Origin: Planctomycetia bacterium
Lineage (GTDB): Bacteria; Planctomycetota; Planctomycetia; Planctomycetales; Planctomycetaceae
Reading direction: 5' to 3'
DNA length: 64,000 nucleotides
Assembly: GCA_016200145.1 (NCBI GenBank)
Contig: JACQFH010000452.1
Location: 11,692-75,691 of the forward strand
Shown here piece by piece: positions 8,504-18,800 of the stretch. The notes below the pieces were generated by a model. It saw nothing but the letters and a program-made list of their open reading frames with translations. It made no database searches and was not told the DNA's origin. Each line of letters opens with the position of its first letter. Positions within the stretch are counted from its first letter, which is position 1. Made by a program: the position numbers and the translations under genes.

Positions 8504-11191
8504 ATGGCTGCCGCCGTCACAGACGAGAACCTCGTGGAATCCCCGCACGATGCACAGGAGGCATCGCTGCTCCTGGCCCTTGAGGAAATCAGCCACCTTG
8601 TCGCGCAGACACAGGCCCCTGCCGCGACACTCGTCAAAGTCGTCGGGCTGATTCAGGGACGCTTCGGCACCGATGTCTGCTCGGTCTACCTTCTGACTCC
8701 CGACCGGCTCAATCTGACGCTGGCGGCCACGATCGGCCTGCGCCCCGAATGCGTCGGCACGCTGCGGATGGGTCTGAACGAGGGCCTCGCCGGCCTCGTC
8801 GCACAGGAGCTTAAGCCCGTCTCGGTCAGTGACGCGTTCCAGCATCCGCGCTTCAAGTATTTTCCTAACGCGGGCGAAGACCCGTATCATTCCTTTCTTG
8901 GATTGCCGCTGTTCGACCGGGGAGTGCTGCAAGGGGTGATCGTCGTTCAGACCATCGACCCGCGCACGTTCACCACTGACGAAATGCGGATGCTGACGAC
9001 TGCCGCCGGTCAACTCGGTGCGCTCGTCAGCACGGTGCGCGCCCTCGAACAATACGTCGCCCCCGCCCACGACCGCCTGTGGATGCTGGCCCGCAACTTG
9101 TGGTGGAGCTGGGATGCCGAGTCGATCGCCATCTTTCGCGACCTCGAGCCGGCGCGCTGGCGCGAGGTCGATCACAACCCGCTGGCGGTGCTCGCCGAGT
9201 GCCCCCTCGAATCGCTCTCCGGACGCATCGCGCAGAACGTGCTGCACAGCCGCATTCAGAACGCCTGCCATCGGCTCGAAGATTATCTCGAATCGAGCAA
9301 GACCTGGGGGGCGCGGTTTGCCGGGGTGCTGCGTTCGCGGCCCGTCGCGTACTTCTCAGCCGAGTTCGGCCTCCACGAATCGATTCCGATTTATTCCGGG
9401 GGCCTGGGCGTGCTGGCGGGCGACCACGTCAAAAGCGCGTCGGACCTGGGGGTGCCCCTGGTCGGCATCGGACTGTTCTACAAGCAGGGCTATTTCCGCC
9501 AGTGGCTCAACCACGACGACTGGCAGCAGGAAGACTATCTTCCGGCCCGCAGCGACATGTTGCCCGTTGAGCTGTGCCGCCGGACCGACGGCGAGCCACT
9601 GGTCGTTTCGATTGAAACACGTTCGGGAACGATTCGCGCCCTCGTGTGGCGCGTGACGGTGGGCCGGTGCCTCTTGCTGCTGCTGGATTCCGACGTCGAT
9701 GGCAATCGCGCCGAAGACCGGGGGCTGACCGCGCGTCTCTACGGAGGCGATCGTCGCGTCCGCATCCGGCAGGAACTGCTGCTGGGCGTGGGGGGTTACC
9801 GCGCGCTGTGCGAACTGGGCATCACGCCGGGTGTGATCCACATGAACGAAGGCCACAGCGCGTTCGCAGCGCTCGAAGTCGCCCGTCAGCGCATGGTCGC
9901 AGAGGGGATCAACTTTCACGAGGCGGCCAACCGTGTCGCCCCGCGCGCCGTGTTCACCACGCACACGCCCGTTCCGGCCGGCCACGATCGTTTCTCGGCC
10001 GATCTCGTCGAAGAGCACCTGGGCCCGTTGCGCGATGCGCTGGGCCTGTCTTATGACGCCCTCATGGGGATGGGGCGGGTCGACCCATTCAACCACGGCG
10101 AAGATTTCTGCATGACGGTGCTGGCCCTCAAAATGTCGCGGCGCCGCAATGCCGTTTCGGCGCTGCACGGACAGGTGTCTCGCGCCATGTGGACCGGGCT
10201 CTACCCGGGACGCATGGCCGACGAAGTCCCCATCGGACACATCACCAACGGCGTGCACGTGCTGTCGTGGCTGGCGACCCCCATGCGCCAGATGTTCGAC
10301 AGGCACCTCGCCATCGACTGGATGCGGCGCACCGGCGAGCCCGACACGTGGGAGTCGATCGAGCAGATCGACAACGGCGAATTGTGGGAGACGCACCAGA
10401 CCCTCAAGTACGAGCTGCTCGAATTCGTGCGCCGGCACCTCGTGCGCCTGGCTGAGTTCCGCCACGAGTCGAGCCAGCTCGTGCAGCAATACCGGCGGGC
10501 GCTCAGCCTCGATACGCTCACGATCGGCTTTGCCCGCCGCTTCGCCACGTACAAGCGGGCCAACCTGATCTTCCGCGACCTCGACCGCATCGCCGCCCTG
10601 GTCAACGACCCGCGGCGGCCCGTGCAGTTCGTGTTCGCCGGCAAGGCCCATCCGCAGGACGAACCGGGCAAGCAGATCCTGCAGCAGATCGCCAAGTTGA
10701 CTCGCGACAAACGGTTTCTGGGGAAAGTCGTGTTCGTCGAAGATTACGACATCAAGACCTGCCGGCACCTCGTGCAGGGGGTCGACGTCTGGCTCAACAC
10801 GCCCCGCCGCCCACTCGAAGCATCGGGCACGAGCGGCCAGAAGGTGGTGCTCAACGGAGGCCTGAATCTGTCGATCCTCGACGGCTGGTGGGCCGAGGCC
10901 TATGACGGAACGAACGGCTTCGCGATCGGCGCGGGGGACGCGCACACGTCAAACGATGTGCAGGACGAGCGCGACGCCGAGTCGCTGTATCGCGTTCTCG
11001 AAAAGGAAGTCGTCCCGCTGTACTACGACCGCGACCCGGGGGGCCTGCCCGCCAAATGGCTGGCGCGAATGAAACGCTCGATGCGCACCCTCGGCTGGCG
11101 GTTCAGCGCCGACCGCATGGTGATGGATTACGTGCAGAAGTGCTATCTGCCCGCTGCGGGGGGCGTGTCGAGCGATATGAATTTGTCGTAG
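8504..11191 (+). CDS. glgP: Alpha-glucan (glycogen/maltodextrin) phosphorylase with N-terminal GAF domain
   Basis: About 180 aa are GAF-like (VCSVYLLTPDRLNLTLAATIGL...GLAGLV...SFLGLPLFDRGVLQGVIVVQT). This is followed by YFSAEFGLHESIPIYSGGLGVLAGDHVKSASDLGVPLVGIGLFYKQGYFRQ and FAGKAHPQD...EASGTSGQK, typical of the alpha-glucan phosphorylase family. Confidence 0.9.
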   Translation: MAAAVTDENLVESPHDAQEASLLLALEEISHLVAQTQAPAATLVKVVGLIQGRFGTDVCSVYLLTPDRLNLTLAATIGLRPECVGTLRMGLNEGLAGLVAQELKPVSVSDAFQHPRFKYFPNAGEDPYHSFLGLPLFDRGVLQGVIVVQTIDPRTFTTDEMRMLTTAAGQLGALVSTVRALEQYVAPAHDRLWMLARNLWWSWDAESIAIFRDLEPARWREVDHNPLAVLAECPLESLSGRIAQNVLHSRIQNACHRLEDYLESSKTWGARFAGVLRSRPVAYFSAEFGLHESIPIYSGGLGVLAGDHVKSASDLGVPLVGIGLFYKQGYFRQWLNHDDWQQEDYLPARSDMLPVELCRRTDGEPLVVSIETRSGTIRALVWRVTVGRCLLLLLDSDVDGNRAEDRGLTARLYGGDRRVRIRQELLLGVGGYRALCELGITPGVIHMNEGHSAFAALEVARQRMVAEGINFHEAANRVAPRAVFTTHTPVPAGHDRFSADLVEEHLGPLRDALGLSYDALMGMGRVDPFNHGEDFCMTVLALKMSRRRNAVSALHGQVSRAMWTGLYPGRMADEVPIGHITNGVHVLSWLATPMRQMFDRHLAIDWMRRTGEPDTWESIEQIDNGELWETHQTLKYELLEFVRRHLVRLAEFRHESSQLVQQYRRALSLDTLTIGFARRFATYKRANLIFRDLDRIAALVNDPRRPVQFVFAGKAHPQDEPGKQILQQIAKLTRDKRFLGKVVFVEDYDIKTCRHLVQGVDVWLNTPRRPLEASGTSGQKVVLNGGLNLSILDGWWAEAYDGTNGFAIGAGDAHTSNDVQDERDAESLYRVLEKEVVPLYYDRDPGGLPAKWLARMKRSMRTLGWRFSADRMVMDYVQKCYLPAAGGVSSDMNLS

Positions 11192-11218
11192 TATCGCGAG
11201 AGGAAAGGCGCGCGTCAC

Positions 11219-12952
11219 TCACGCGTCGACTTCAACAGCGCCTGGCGCCAGTGCTTCTTTCCCGAGTCGAAAGCAGAAATCGCCGAAGGATTCGCCGTTG
11301 TGGCGCTCTTCTTTGAATCTCGCGAAAACCGGCGCGAGGGATGGGACGATTATCTCTTTGGGGACCATGTCTTTGAAGATGTACGCGAGGCGCGTCCCCT
11401 GGGCGTTGCCACCCAGGAAGATCGTGTACTTTTCGCCGGCCGCTTTGCCGACGAGGCCGATGTCGGGGGTGTAGGGGCGGGCGCAGCCGTTGGGGCAGCC
11501 GGTCATGTGGACGGCGATCCGTTCGTCTTTCAGGCCCAAGCGCGCCAGCTCGGCTTCCATCTCGTCCAAAATTCCGGGCAGGGCGCGTTCCGATTCGGTG
11601 ACGGCCAGGCCGCAGGTGGGCCAGGCGGGGCAGGCGATCGAATAGCGGCGGATGAGCGTCAGGTCCTCTGCCGCCGGAATGCCGTACTCGTGCAAGAGCC
11701 CATTGATCGCCCCTTTGTCCGCGGGGGCGACGTCGCACAAAATCACCCCCTGCAGCGCCGTGAGCCGGGTGTTCATGCCGTATTTGTTCAGGATCGCCCG
11801 CAGCCCCGATTTGATCCTCAAGGATCCTTCGTCTTTGATGCGGCCGTTCTCGATGTTGATCCCCAGAAACAGTTTGCCATCCCCCTGCTCGTGCCAGCCC
11901 ACGTGGTCGTCGACGTCAGTGACATCAACCGGCTTCGGTACCGCGAGCGGCCGCCCGTAATACTCCTCGACCTTGGCTTTGAATTTCTCGATCCCCCAGT
12001 TGGCGATCAGGTACTTGAGCCGCGCCAGCTTGCGGTCCGAACGGTTTCCGAAATCGCGCTGCACTTTGACGATTTGTTCCGCGACGCTGACGACCTGGTC
12101 GGGCGTCACGAAGCACAACGGCCTGGCGACCGCCGGAAATGTCTTCTTCGCGCTGGGGGTGACCCCCATCCCGCCGCCGACCAGCACGTTGTAGCCGGCG
12201 ATCCGCCCCTGTTCGACGATCGCCAGAAAACCCAGGTCGTTCGTGTAGATGTCGATGCAGTTGTCTTCCGGCAGCGCGAAGGCCGTCTTGAATTTGCGCG
12301 GCAGGTACGTTGCGCCGTAGATCGGCTCTTCGACCGGCTGAAACGTGTCGGCGACGTTCGTCTTCTCGCCATTTTCGTCAGTGAGCCAGATTTCGTAGTA
12401 GCCGGTCGTGCGGGGCTTGAGGTGCTCGGCGACCTTGTCGGCCATCTCCTGCATTTCGCGGCGGACCGAATTGCCGTGGATCGGCGCGGGGCAGCACATC
12501 ACGTTGCGTTCGACGTCGCCGCACGCGGCCAATGTCGACAGCTTGATGTCGTTGATCGTGCGGATCGTCTGTTTCAGGTTCTCGCGCAGCACGCCGTGCA
12601 GTTGAAAACCCTGCCGCGTCGTGATGCGCAGCGTGCCGTTGCCAAACCGGTCGCACAAGTCGAGCTCGGAAAGGAACTGCCTGGCCGTCACCTTCCCGCC
12701 GGGGATGCGGGTGCGGACCATGAACATATATTCCTTCCCCTTCGGAGTGCCGTCGGGGTTTTTCTCGTGCCGATGGTCGCGATTGTCCTGCTGGTACGAA
12801 CCGTGAAACTTGATGAGCTGTTCGCTCTCGTCGCCGAACGGTTTCTGGCCGGGCGTGTGGGGCGCGGCGAGCTCCTCGGCAATCGTCCCGCGCAACTGGC
12901 GACTGGCGGCCTTCATCCCCTCGTTCTTGTGCAGCTTGACCTCTTCAGACAT
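11219..12952 (-). CDS. cysI: Assimilatory sulfite reductase hemoprotein (siroheme/4Fe-4S), CysI/Sir type
   Basis: LIKFHGSYQQDNRDHR..., RITTRQGFQLHGV, and the Cys cluster TGCPNGCARPY...; 577 aa. No cysJ-like flavoprotein is adjacent. Confidence 0.88.
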   Translation of the reverse strand: MSEEVKLHKNEGMKAASRQLRGTIAEELAAPHTPGQKPFGDESEQLIKFHGSYQQDNRDHRHEKNPDGTPKGKEYMFMVRTRIPGGKVTARQFLSELDLCDRFGNGTLRITTRQGFQLHGVLRENLKQTIRTINDIKLSTLAACGDVERNVMCCPAPIHGNSVRREMQEMADKVAEHLKPRTTGYYEIWLTDENGEKTNVADTFQPVEEPIYGATYLPRKFKTAFALPEDNCIDIYTNDLGFLAIVEQGRIAGYNVLVGGGMGVTPSAKKTFPAVARPLCFVTPDQVVSVAEQIVKVQRDFGNRSDRKLARLKYLIANWGIEKFKAKVEEYYGRPLAVPKPVDVTDVDDHVGWHEQGDGKLFLGINIENGRIKDEGSLRIKSGLRAILNKYGMNTRLTALQGVILCDVAPADKGAINGLLHEYGIPAAEDLTLIRRYSIACPAWPTCGLAVTESERALPGILDEMEAELARLGLKDERIAVHMTGCPNGCARPYTPDIGLVGKAAGEKYTIFLGGNAQGTRLAYIFKDMVPKEIIVPSLAPVFARFKEERHNGESFGDFCFRLGKEALAPGAVEVDA

Positions 12953-13181
12953 TCCAACGGCTCCGCATGATGCAAATTCTGCCGCCGCGCGGCGACTGAA
13001 ATGATTCTATTCGGCAATCGGTCGAATTGATTGCACAGACACTGCCACCCGGCGTTTTTCCCGAATCTGGGACATTCCGGGGGCCTGCGTTTCTCACTTG
13101 ATGATGGCCCCAATCAGCGAAAACGGGCCAATTTCGGCGTGGCAATGTAAGTATAGTGGCGTGCAAAATGTTTGAATAGAA

Positions 13182-13396
13182 GGAAATGCGGAGTTCGGAA
13201 TTCAGAGTGCGGAATTGACCTTTGGCGAGCCGTGGACGTGAGTCCACGGGTAAGCCGGCTTGTCACTCGACGGTTAACTGCAACAACGGCGCGAAGAGGC
13301 ACGCCCGACGCGAGCTGGCATCGCACAACAAGATGAACTTGATCTTCGACTCTCGATTTCCCAATCCGCACTCCGAATTCCGCACTCCGCATTTCC
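13182..13396. mobile_element. MITE-like 215-bp element with ~35-bp terminal inverted repeats
   Basis: Left end ggaaatgcggagttcggaattcagagtgcggaattg (13182-13217). The right end caatccgcactccgaattccgcactccgcatttcc (13362-13396) is its reverse complement with about 3 differences. The interior carries gcgaagaggcacgcccgacgcgagctggcatcgcac (13290-13328). No ORF. Confidence 0.7.
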
Positions 13397-13470
13397 TCAG
13401 CCCCTCGCTGACGGGGCAGCGCCTTGGGAGACACTACCGTTTCGCGGTGTGATTTCAGACAATATCTCGT

Positions 13471-15870
13471 ATGCACGCGCTGAAGCGCATCGCCGAATGG
13501 GTCCTGGGGATTCCCGAAGCCGAACCGGGGCAGGGGACGGCGTGGCGCGTGGTGCAGCATTTTCCGTGGCCTTCGTGGGCCCTGCTGCTGTTTTCGATCG
13601 CCGCCGCAATCGTCGTCGTCTCGATCTACCGGCGCGACGCCGCCCTGCTCACGCGCCCGGCCCGCGTCGTGCTGGCCTCGTTGCGCCTGTTTGCGCTGGG
13701 CCTGCTTTTGTTCATGCTCAGCGAGACCTCGCTGTCGATCGAACGAACGGGGCTGCCGTTCGTCGTCGTCCTGCTCGACCACTCGGGGAGCATGGCCACT
13801 GAAGACCTTCCGTCGCAGACCGACGTGCGAGACTCCCTCCAGGCGCAGCTCCGCGACGCCGGGTTCGACAAGCCCTCGCGCTTGAACGTCGCCAAATCGC
13901 TGCTCTTACGTCAGAACGGGGCGCTGCTCAAGCGGCTCGTCGAAAACCACAAGCTCCGCGTCTATACCGTGGCCGAGGCCGAAACCATCGTCGGGCAGTC
14001 TGCCTACCTGCAGGCCGCCCAGATCGACGAGCTGCTGCCCAAGCTGCGCGACGTCGCCGTGCAGGGGGACCAGACCCGCCTCGGCGATGCGCTGCGCGAC
14101 GTGCTCAACGGGCTGCGCGGGGCGCCCCCCTCGGCGATCATCATCCTCAGCGACGGCATCACGACCGACGGCGAGAAGCTTTCGGCGGCGGCGCGAAATG
14201 CGCGGCAGAAATCGGTGCCGCTGTATCTCGTCGCGCTCGGCAACGCCGACCCGGTAATCGACCTCGAGCTGCACAACGTGCTCGCCGACGACGTGGCGTT
14301 CGTGAACGATCCGGTCACGTTTTCGTATACGCTCACCGGCCACGGACTGTCGGGCCGCACGACTCGTGTCGTGCTGAAAAAGCAGGTGGAATCGGCCGTG
14401 CTGGCCTCGCAGGACGTCACCGTTTCAGACGAAGGCCGGCCGCAGAAGCTCGAAATCACCTACACGCCCCAGGCGGCCGGCGAGATCGATCTCGTCCTCG
14501 AAGCGGCAGCCCTGCCGAAAGAATCGAACGTCAAGAACAACAGCGAGTCGCGACACGTCAGCGTGCGCGACGAGAAAATTCGCGTACTCGTGGTCGACTT
14601 CCTGCCGCGCTGGGAATTCCGCGAACTCAAAGCGCTGCTCGAGCGCGAGAAAACCGTCGAACTCAAGACCGTCCTGCAGGATGCCGACCCGGAATACGTC
14701 CAGGAAGACCTGTCGGCCCTGCCGCACTTTCCGGTCACGCGCGAAGAACTGTATCAATACGACGTCGTGATCTTCGGCGACGTGAACCTGTCGTACCTCT
14801 CCAGCAGCGTGGTCGAGAACCTGCGGGCATTCGTCGCCGAACGGGGACGGGGCGTACTGTTCATCGCCGGGCAGCACCACAACCCCGCACAGTACCGCGG
14901 CACGCCGCTGGAGACGCTGCTGCCGATCGACCTGGACGGCCTCTCGGTGCCGGGGCACGACCTGCCGCTCTCAGAGAGTTTTCGCCCCGAGATGACGGTT
15001 GAAGGCCGAAAAGGGAGCTCGATTTTCCGGTTTGCCGACAGCGACCAGGCCAGCCAGGAAGTCTGGAAGTTCCTGCCCGGACTGTTCTGGATGGTCGAAG
15101 CGCGGGCCATCAAGCCGGGGGCCATCGTGTACGCCACGCACCCATCGCGCGCCGCCGCGCGCGGCAAGGTCCCGTTGATCGTCACGCAGCACTATGGCAA
15201 CGGCAAGGTGCTGTTTCACGCGACCGACGAGCTGTGGCGCTGGCGATTTCGTACGGGGGACGTGTTCTACGGACGGTACTGGGTGCACGTCATCCGGTAC
15301 CTGAGCCGCTCGAAGCTCCTGGGCAAAGATGCCGGCGCCGAGCTGACGGTCGATCACAAGCTGTACCGGACGGGGGAGAACGTCGGCTTGCGCGTGCGCT
15401 TCGCCGAAGAAAAGCTGGCCCCCGCGGCGACCGACGGTGTGACGGTGATCGTCGAGAAGTCAGGAGGAGCGCAGAAAAAAGTGGTGTTGACGCGCATCCC
15501 CGAAGCGAGCACGGTGTTCGAAGGGCTGTTTCCGCTGGCGCCCGAAGGCAAGTATCACGCCTGGGTCGCCGCGCCGTCGTTCGCGCGGGCCCCGCCGGCC
15601 GAAGATTTTGAAGTTCGCGCCAGCGAGCGCGAAATGCGAGTCCTGCGCACCGACGTCGCCGAGCTCACGTACGCCGCAACCAGCACCGGCGGCAAGCTGT
15701 ACACGCCGCAGACGGCCGATCGCCTCGCCGCCGACATTCCCACGGGCCTGCCCGTCCCGATCGAGGCCGACGCCCAGATTCCATTGTGGAACCACTGGCT
15801 GACGCTGGTGGCGTTCGCCTGCGTGCTGTCGACCGAATGGATTTTGAGGAAGCGCTGGCGGCTGGTATGA
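13471..15870 (+). CDS. BatA-like membrane protein: N-terminal TM pair, vWA domain, GATase1-like domain
   Basis: TM helices near the N terminus. vWA MIDAS-type start VVVLLDHSGSM and IIILSDGITTDG. Later, VLVVDFLPRWEFRELKALLE...YDVVIFGDV...VLFIAG resembles the ThuA/GATase1-like module of Bat-type proteins. A C-terminal TM is present. Confidence 0.78.
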   Translation: MHALKRIAEWVLGIPEAEPGQGTAWRVVQHFPWPSWALLLFSIAAAIVVVSIYRRDAALLTRPARVVLASLRLFALGLLLFMLSETSLSIERTGLPFVVVLLDHSGSMATEDLPSQTDVRDSLQAQLRDAGFDKPSRLNVAKSLLLRQNGALLKRLVENHKLRVYTVAEAETIVGQSAYLQAAQIDELLPKLRDVAVQGDQTRLGDALRDVLNGLRGAPPSAIIILSDGITTDGEKLSAAARNARQKSVPLYLVALGNADPVIDLELHNVLADDVAFVNDPVTFSYTLTGHGLSGRTTRVVLKKQVESAVLASQDVTVSDEGRPQKLEITYTPQAAGEIDLVLEAAALPKESNVKNNSESRHVSVRDEKIRVLVVDFLPRWEFRELKALLEREKTVELKTVLQDADPEYVQEDLSALPHFPVTREELYQYDVVIFGDVNLSYLSSSVVENLRAFVAERGRGVLFIAGQHHNPAQYRGTPLETLLPIDLDGLSVPGHDLPLSESFRPEMTVEGRKGSSIFRFADSDQASQEVWKFLPGLFWMVEARAIKPGAIVYATHPSRAAARGKVPLIVTQHYGNGKVLFHATDELWRWRFRTGDVFYGRYWVHVIRYLSRSKLLGKDAGAELTVDHKLYRTGENVGLRVRFAEEKLAPAATDGVTVIVEKSGGAQKKVVLTRIPEASTVFEGLFPLAPEGKYHAWVAAPSFARAPPAEDFEVRASEREMRVLRTDVAELTYAATSTGGKLYTPQTADRLAADIPTGLPVPIEADAQIPLWNHWLTLVAFACVLSTEWILRKRWRLV

Positions 15871-15877
15871 TGGCGCC

Positions 15878-18800
15878 ATGCCCCCCAATCTGCTTGACCA
15901 ACAGCTCGCCAGCGTGCGGCGCCGCATCCGGCAGGCGCTGCTGACGAGCGGCGCGAGCTGGGTGGCCGTGGTCGTGACCGGGGCCCTGCTGACCGCGTGC
16001 CTGGGGGACTGGCTGTTTCATTTCGACGATCCGATCGTGCGGCTGATTCTGGGGCTGGCGATCGCCGGCGGCGCGGCCTGGGTCATCGGCCGGCGCCTCG
16101 TCGCGCCGTTGCGAAGGACCCTCTCCGACGTCGACCTGGCCCTGTGTATCGAAGAGCGCTTCCCCGGGTTTCGCGACGGGCTGGCCAGCAGCGTGCAGTT
16201 TGCACGGTCGGGCGCCGATCCGCGGATCGGTTCTCCCGAGCTGCAGCAGGTGGTGATCGCCTCGACCCTCGGCCGTCTGAAAGGAATCGATTGCACCGAC
16301 GTGGTCAATACGCGCCAGGTGCGGCGCGTCGCTGCGATCGCTGCGGGGGTTTGCGTGGCGACGCTGGCCCTGGCCGCGTGGAACCACGAATCGACGGCGA
16401 TTGCGCTCCAGCGGCTGGCGATGCCGTTTTCGGGCCCGGCCTGGCCGCGGCAGACTCATCTGCGGTTTCTGACAGAAGACCTGACGCCGCTGGTGTTCGA
16501 CGAGCACGATTCGCTGCGGATCGCCCGCGGCACTGCCCTGACGGTGCTCGTCGAAAACGCGTCGGGCCGGCTGCCGGCGCGCGTCGTGCTCGAATATCGG
16601 GCGCTCGATGCGAAGACGGCTTCTGAAGTGCTCAGGCCCACCACGAAAGACCAGTCTTCGGGAAAACGGCTGGAGGTGGCGGTCGGCCAATTGCCCACCG
16701 GCCGGGGAGACGTCGAATTCCGCGCGGTCGGCGGCTACGACGACCAGATGCCCTGGCGCCGTCTCGAAGTCGTGCCCCCGCCGGCCATCGAACGGCTGCA
16801 GGTCACGGTCACACCGCCCGCCTACACCGGCCGTTCCCCAGAAATTCTTCCGGAAGGCGTCGGCCATATTCAGGGGCTGGTCGGGTCGCACATCGAAATC
16901 GTGGCGTATGCCACGCAACCGATCGAAACGGCCTCGCTCCGCGTCAGAGACCAGCAGGCGCGCCCCGTGTCGGTTTCCGACGGGGCGCGGCGCCTCGACG
17001 CGTCGTTCGTGATCGGCGACCCGGGCGTGCTTTCGTGGTGGTTCGATCTCGCCGACACCAGCGGTTTCCAGAACCCCGATCCTCCGCACTATGAAGTGCG
17101 CGGCATCGAAGACGAAGAGCCCGAGATCTTCATCGAGCTGCCGGCCGCCGACGGCCAGGCCACGGCCGAAGCGGTCGTCCGCGTGCGGACGACGGCCCGC
17201 GACGACCTGGGGCTGAAAGAGCTGCAGCTCGTCTACAGGCTGGAGCCCGCAGACAACGACGAAGAACAAACGATCCCGCTGTTCCAGCGCGCTCCGGCGG
17301 CGTCAGCCGGGCGACAGGCGAGCGATGCCGAGCCCGTGCTGGCGCAAACCGTCGAATACCTGTGGAAGATCGCTGACCTGGCGCCGGCCCCCGGCACGCG
17401 GATCGTCTTTCGCACCGAGGCCACCGATCACTTCGACCTGGCTCCCGAGTGTCCCGACGGCCAGGCGCCGCCGCTGCACGTGGGGAAAAGTGTGATGCGC
17501 GTGCTGACGATCGCCTCGCGCGAAGAGAAATCGCAGGAAATCGCCCAGCGGCAGGAAGGGCTGCTGTCGGACCTCGATCGGGCGCACAAGCTCGAGCAGC
17601 AGGCCCGCCAACAGGTCGACGATCTTGTTCTGCAGCTCAAAAACGTCGACGGTGTTCGCCCCGAAGACCTCGACAGCCTGCAGCGCACCGAGCTGGGCCA
17701 GCGCGACGTGGCCGCGCAGCTCGCGAGCCCCGCCAACGGCCTCGCCCGCCGTGCGGCCGAACTGCTCGACGAACTGCGAAACAACCAGTTGAATGAGCCG
17801 CAGACCGAACGGCGTCTCAAGAGCCTCGCCGACGAGCTCGAGCGCCTCGATCGCGATCACTTGCGATCCATCGAACAGGATCTGACGCAGGCCCGCAAGC
17901 AGTTGCAGTCGGGCGGCAAAGAGGCGGCGAAGAAGAAACCCGCGGACGCGCCGAATCAGCCGGCGCCGCGCGAACAACGGCCGGCCGACGCCCTCGAACA
18001 GGTCTCGCAGAACCAAGCGGCGGTCGTCGAATCGCTGGGCGAGATGCTGCACGACCTGTCTCAATGGCGCGGCGAGCACGACGCGGCCGCCGAGCTGGCG
18101 GACATCGTCCGCCAGCAGAACGAATTGAACCAGCGGGCCGCCGAGCTCTCGAAGAAGACGCTCACGCGCCCCGCCGACGAGCTGCCTCCCCAGGACCGGG
18201 CCGACCTCGTCAAGACGGCCGAACGCCAGAAGAAGCAGGCCGACCAGCTCGATCAGGTCGAATCCCGGATGCGGGCCACGCACCAGGCGCTGTCGAACGA
18301 CGACCCCTCAGCCGCCGCCGTGCTGCACGACGCTGCCGACCAGGTGCAGCAGCAGGGCATTGCGGGCCGGATGCGCGAAGCGGCCGACCAGATCGGCGAG
18401 AACCGCATGGGCCAGGCCGCCCGCACCCAGCAGGACGTCTTGCAGAAGCTTCGCGAGCTCGAAGACCTGCTGCGTCACAACGGCGAGAGCGACAGCGAGA
18501 TGCTGGTCAAGAAGCTCAAAGCCGCCGAGCAGGAGCTGGCCGATTTGCACGATCGTCAGGCCGAGCTGCTGCGCAAGCTGCAGGAGGCCGGTCAGAACGG
18601 CGATGCACCAACGCGGCAGGAACAGCTCGAAGCGCTGCGGAAAGAGCAGGCCCGCGTGCAGGAAGAAACGGCCCGCATGGCGCGGCGGCTGGCGCGCCTC
18701 GAAGCGCGTCGAGCCGGCACGAGCGCCGAACGGGCCGCCGCGCAAATGCGCGCGGCGCAGGGCCAGCTTGCCGGCGACGATTCATCGGGGGCGGCGGACC

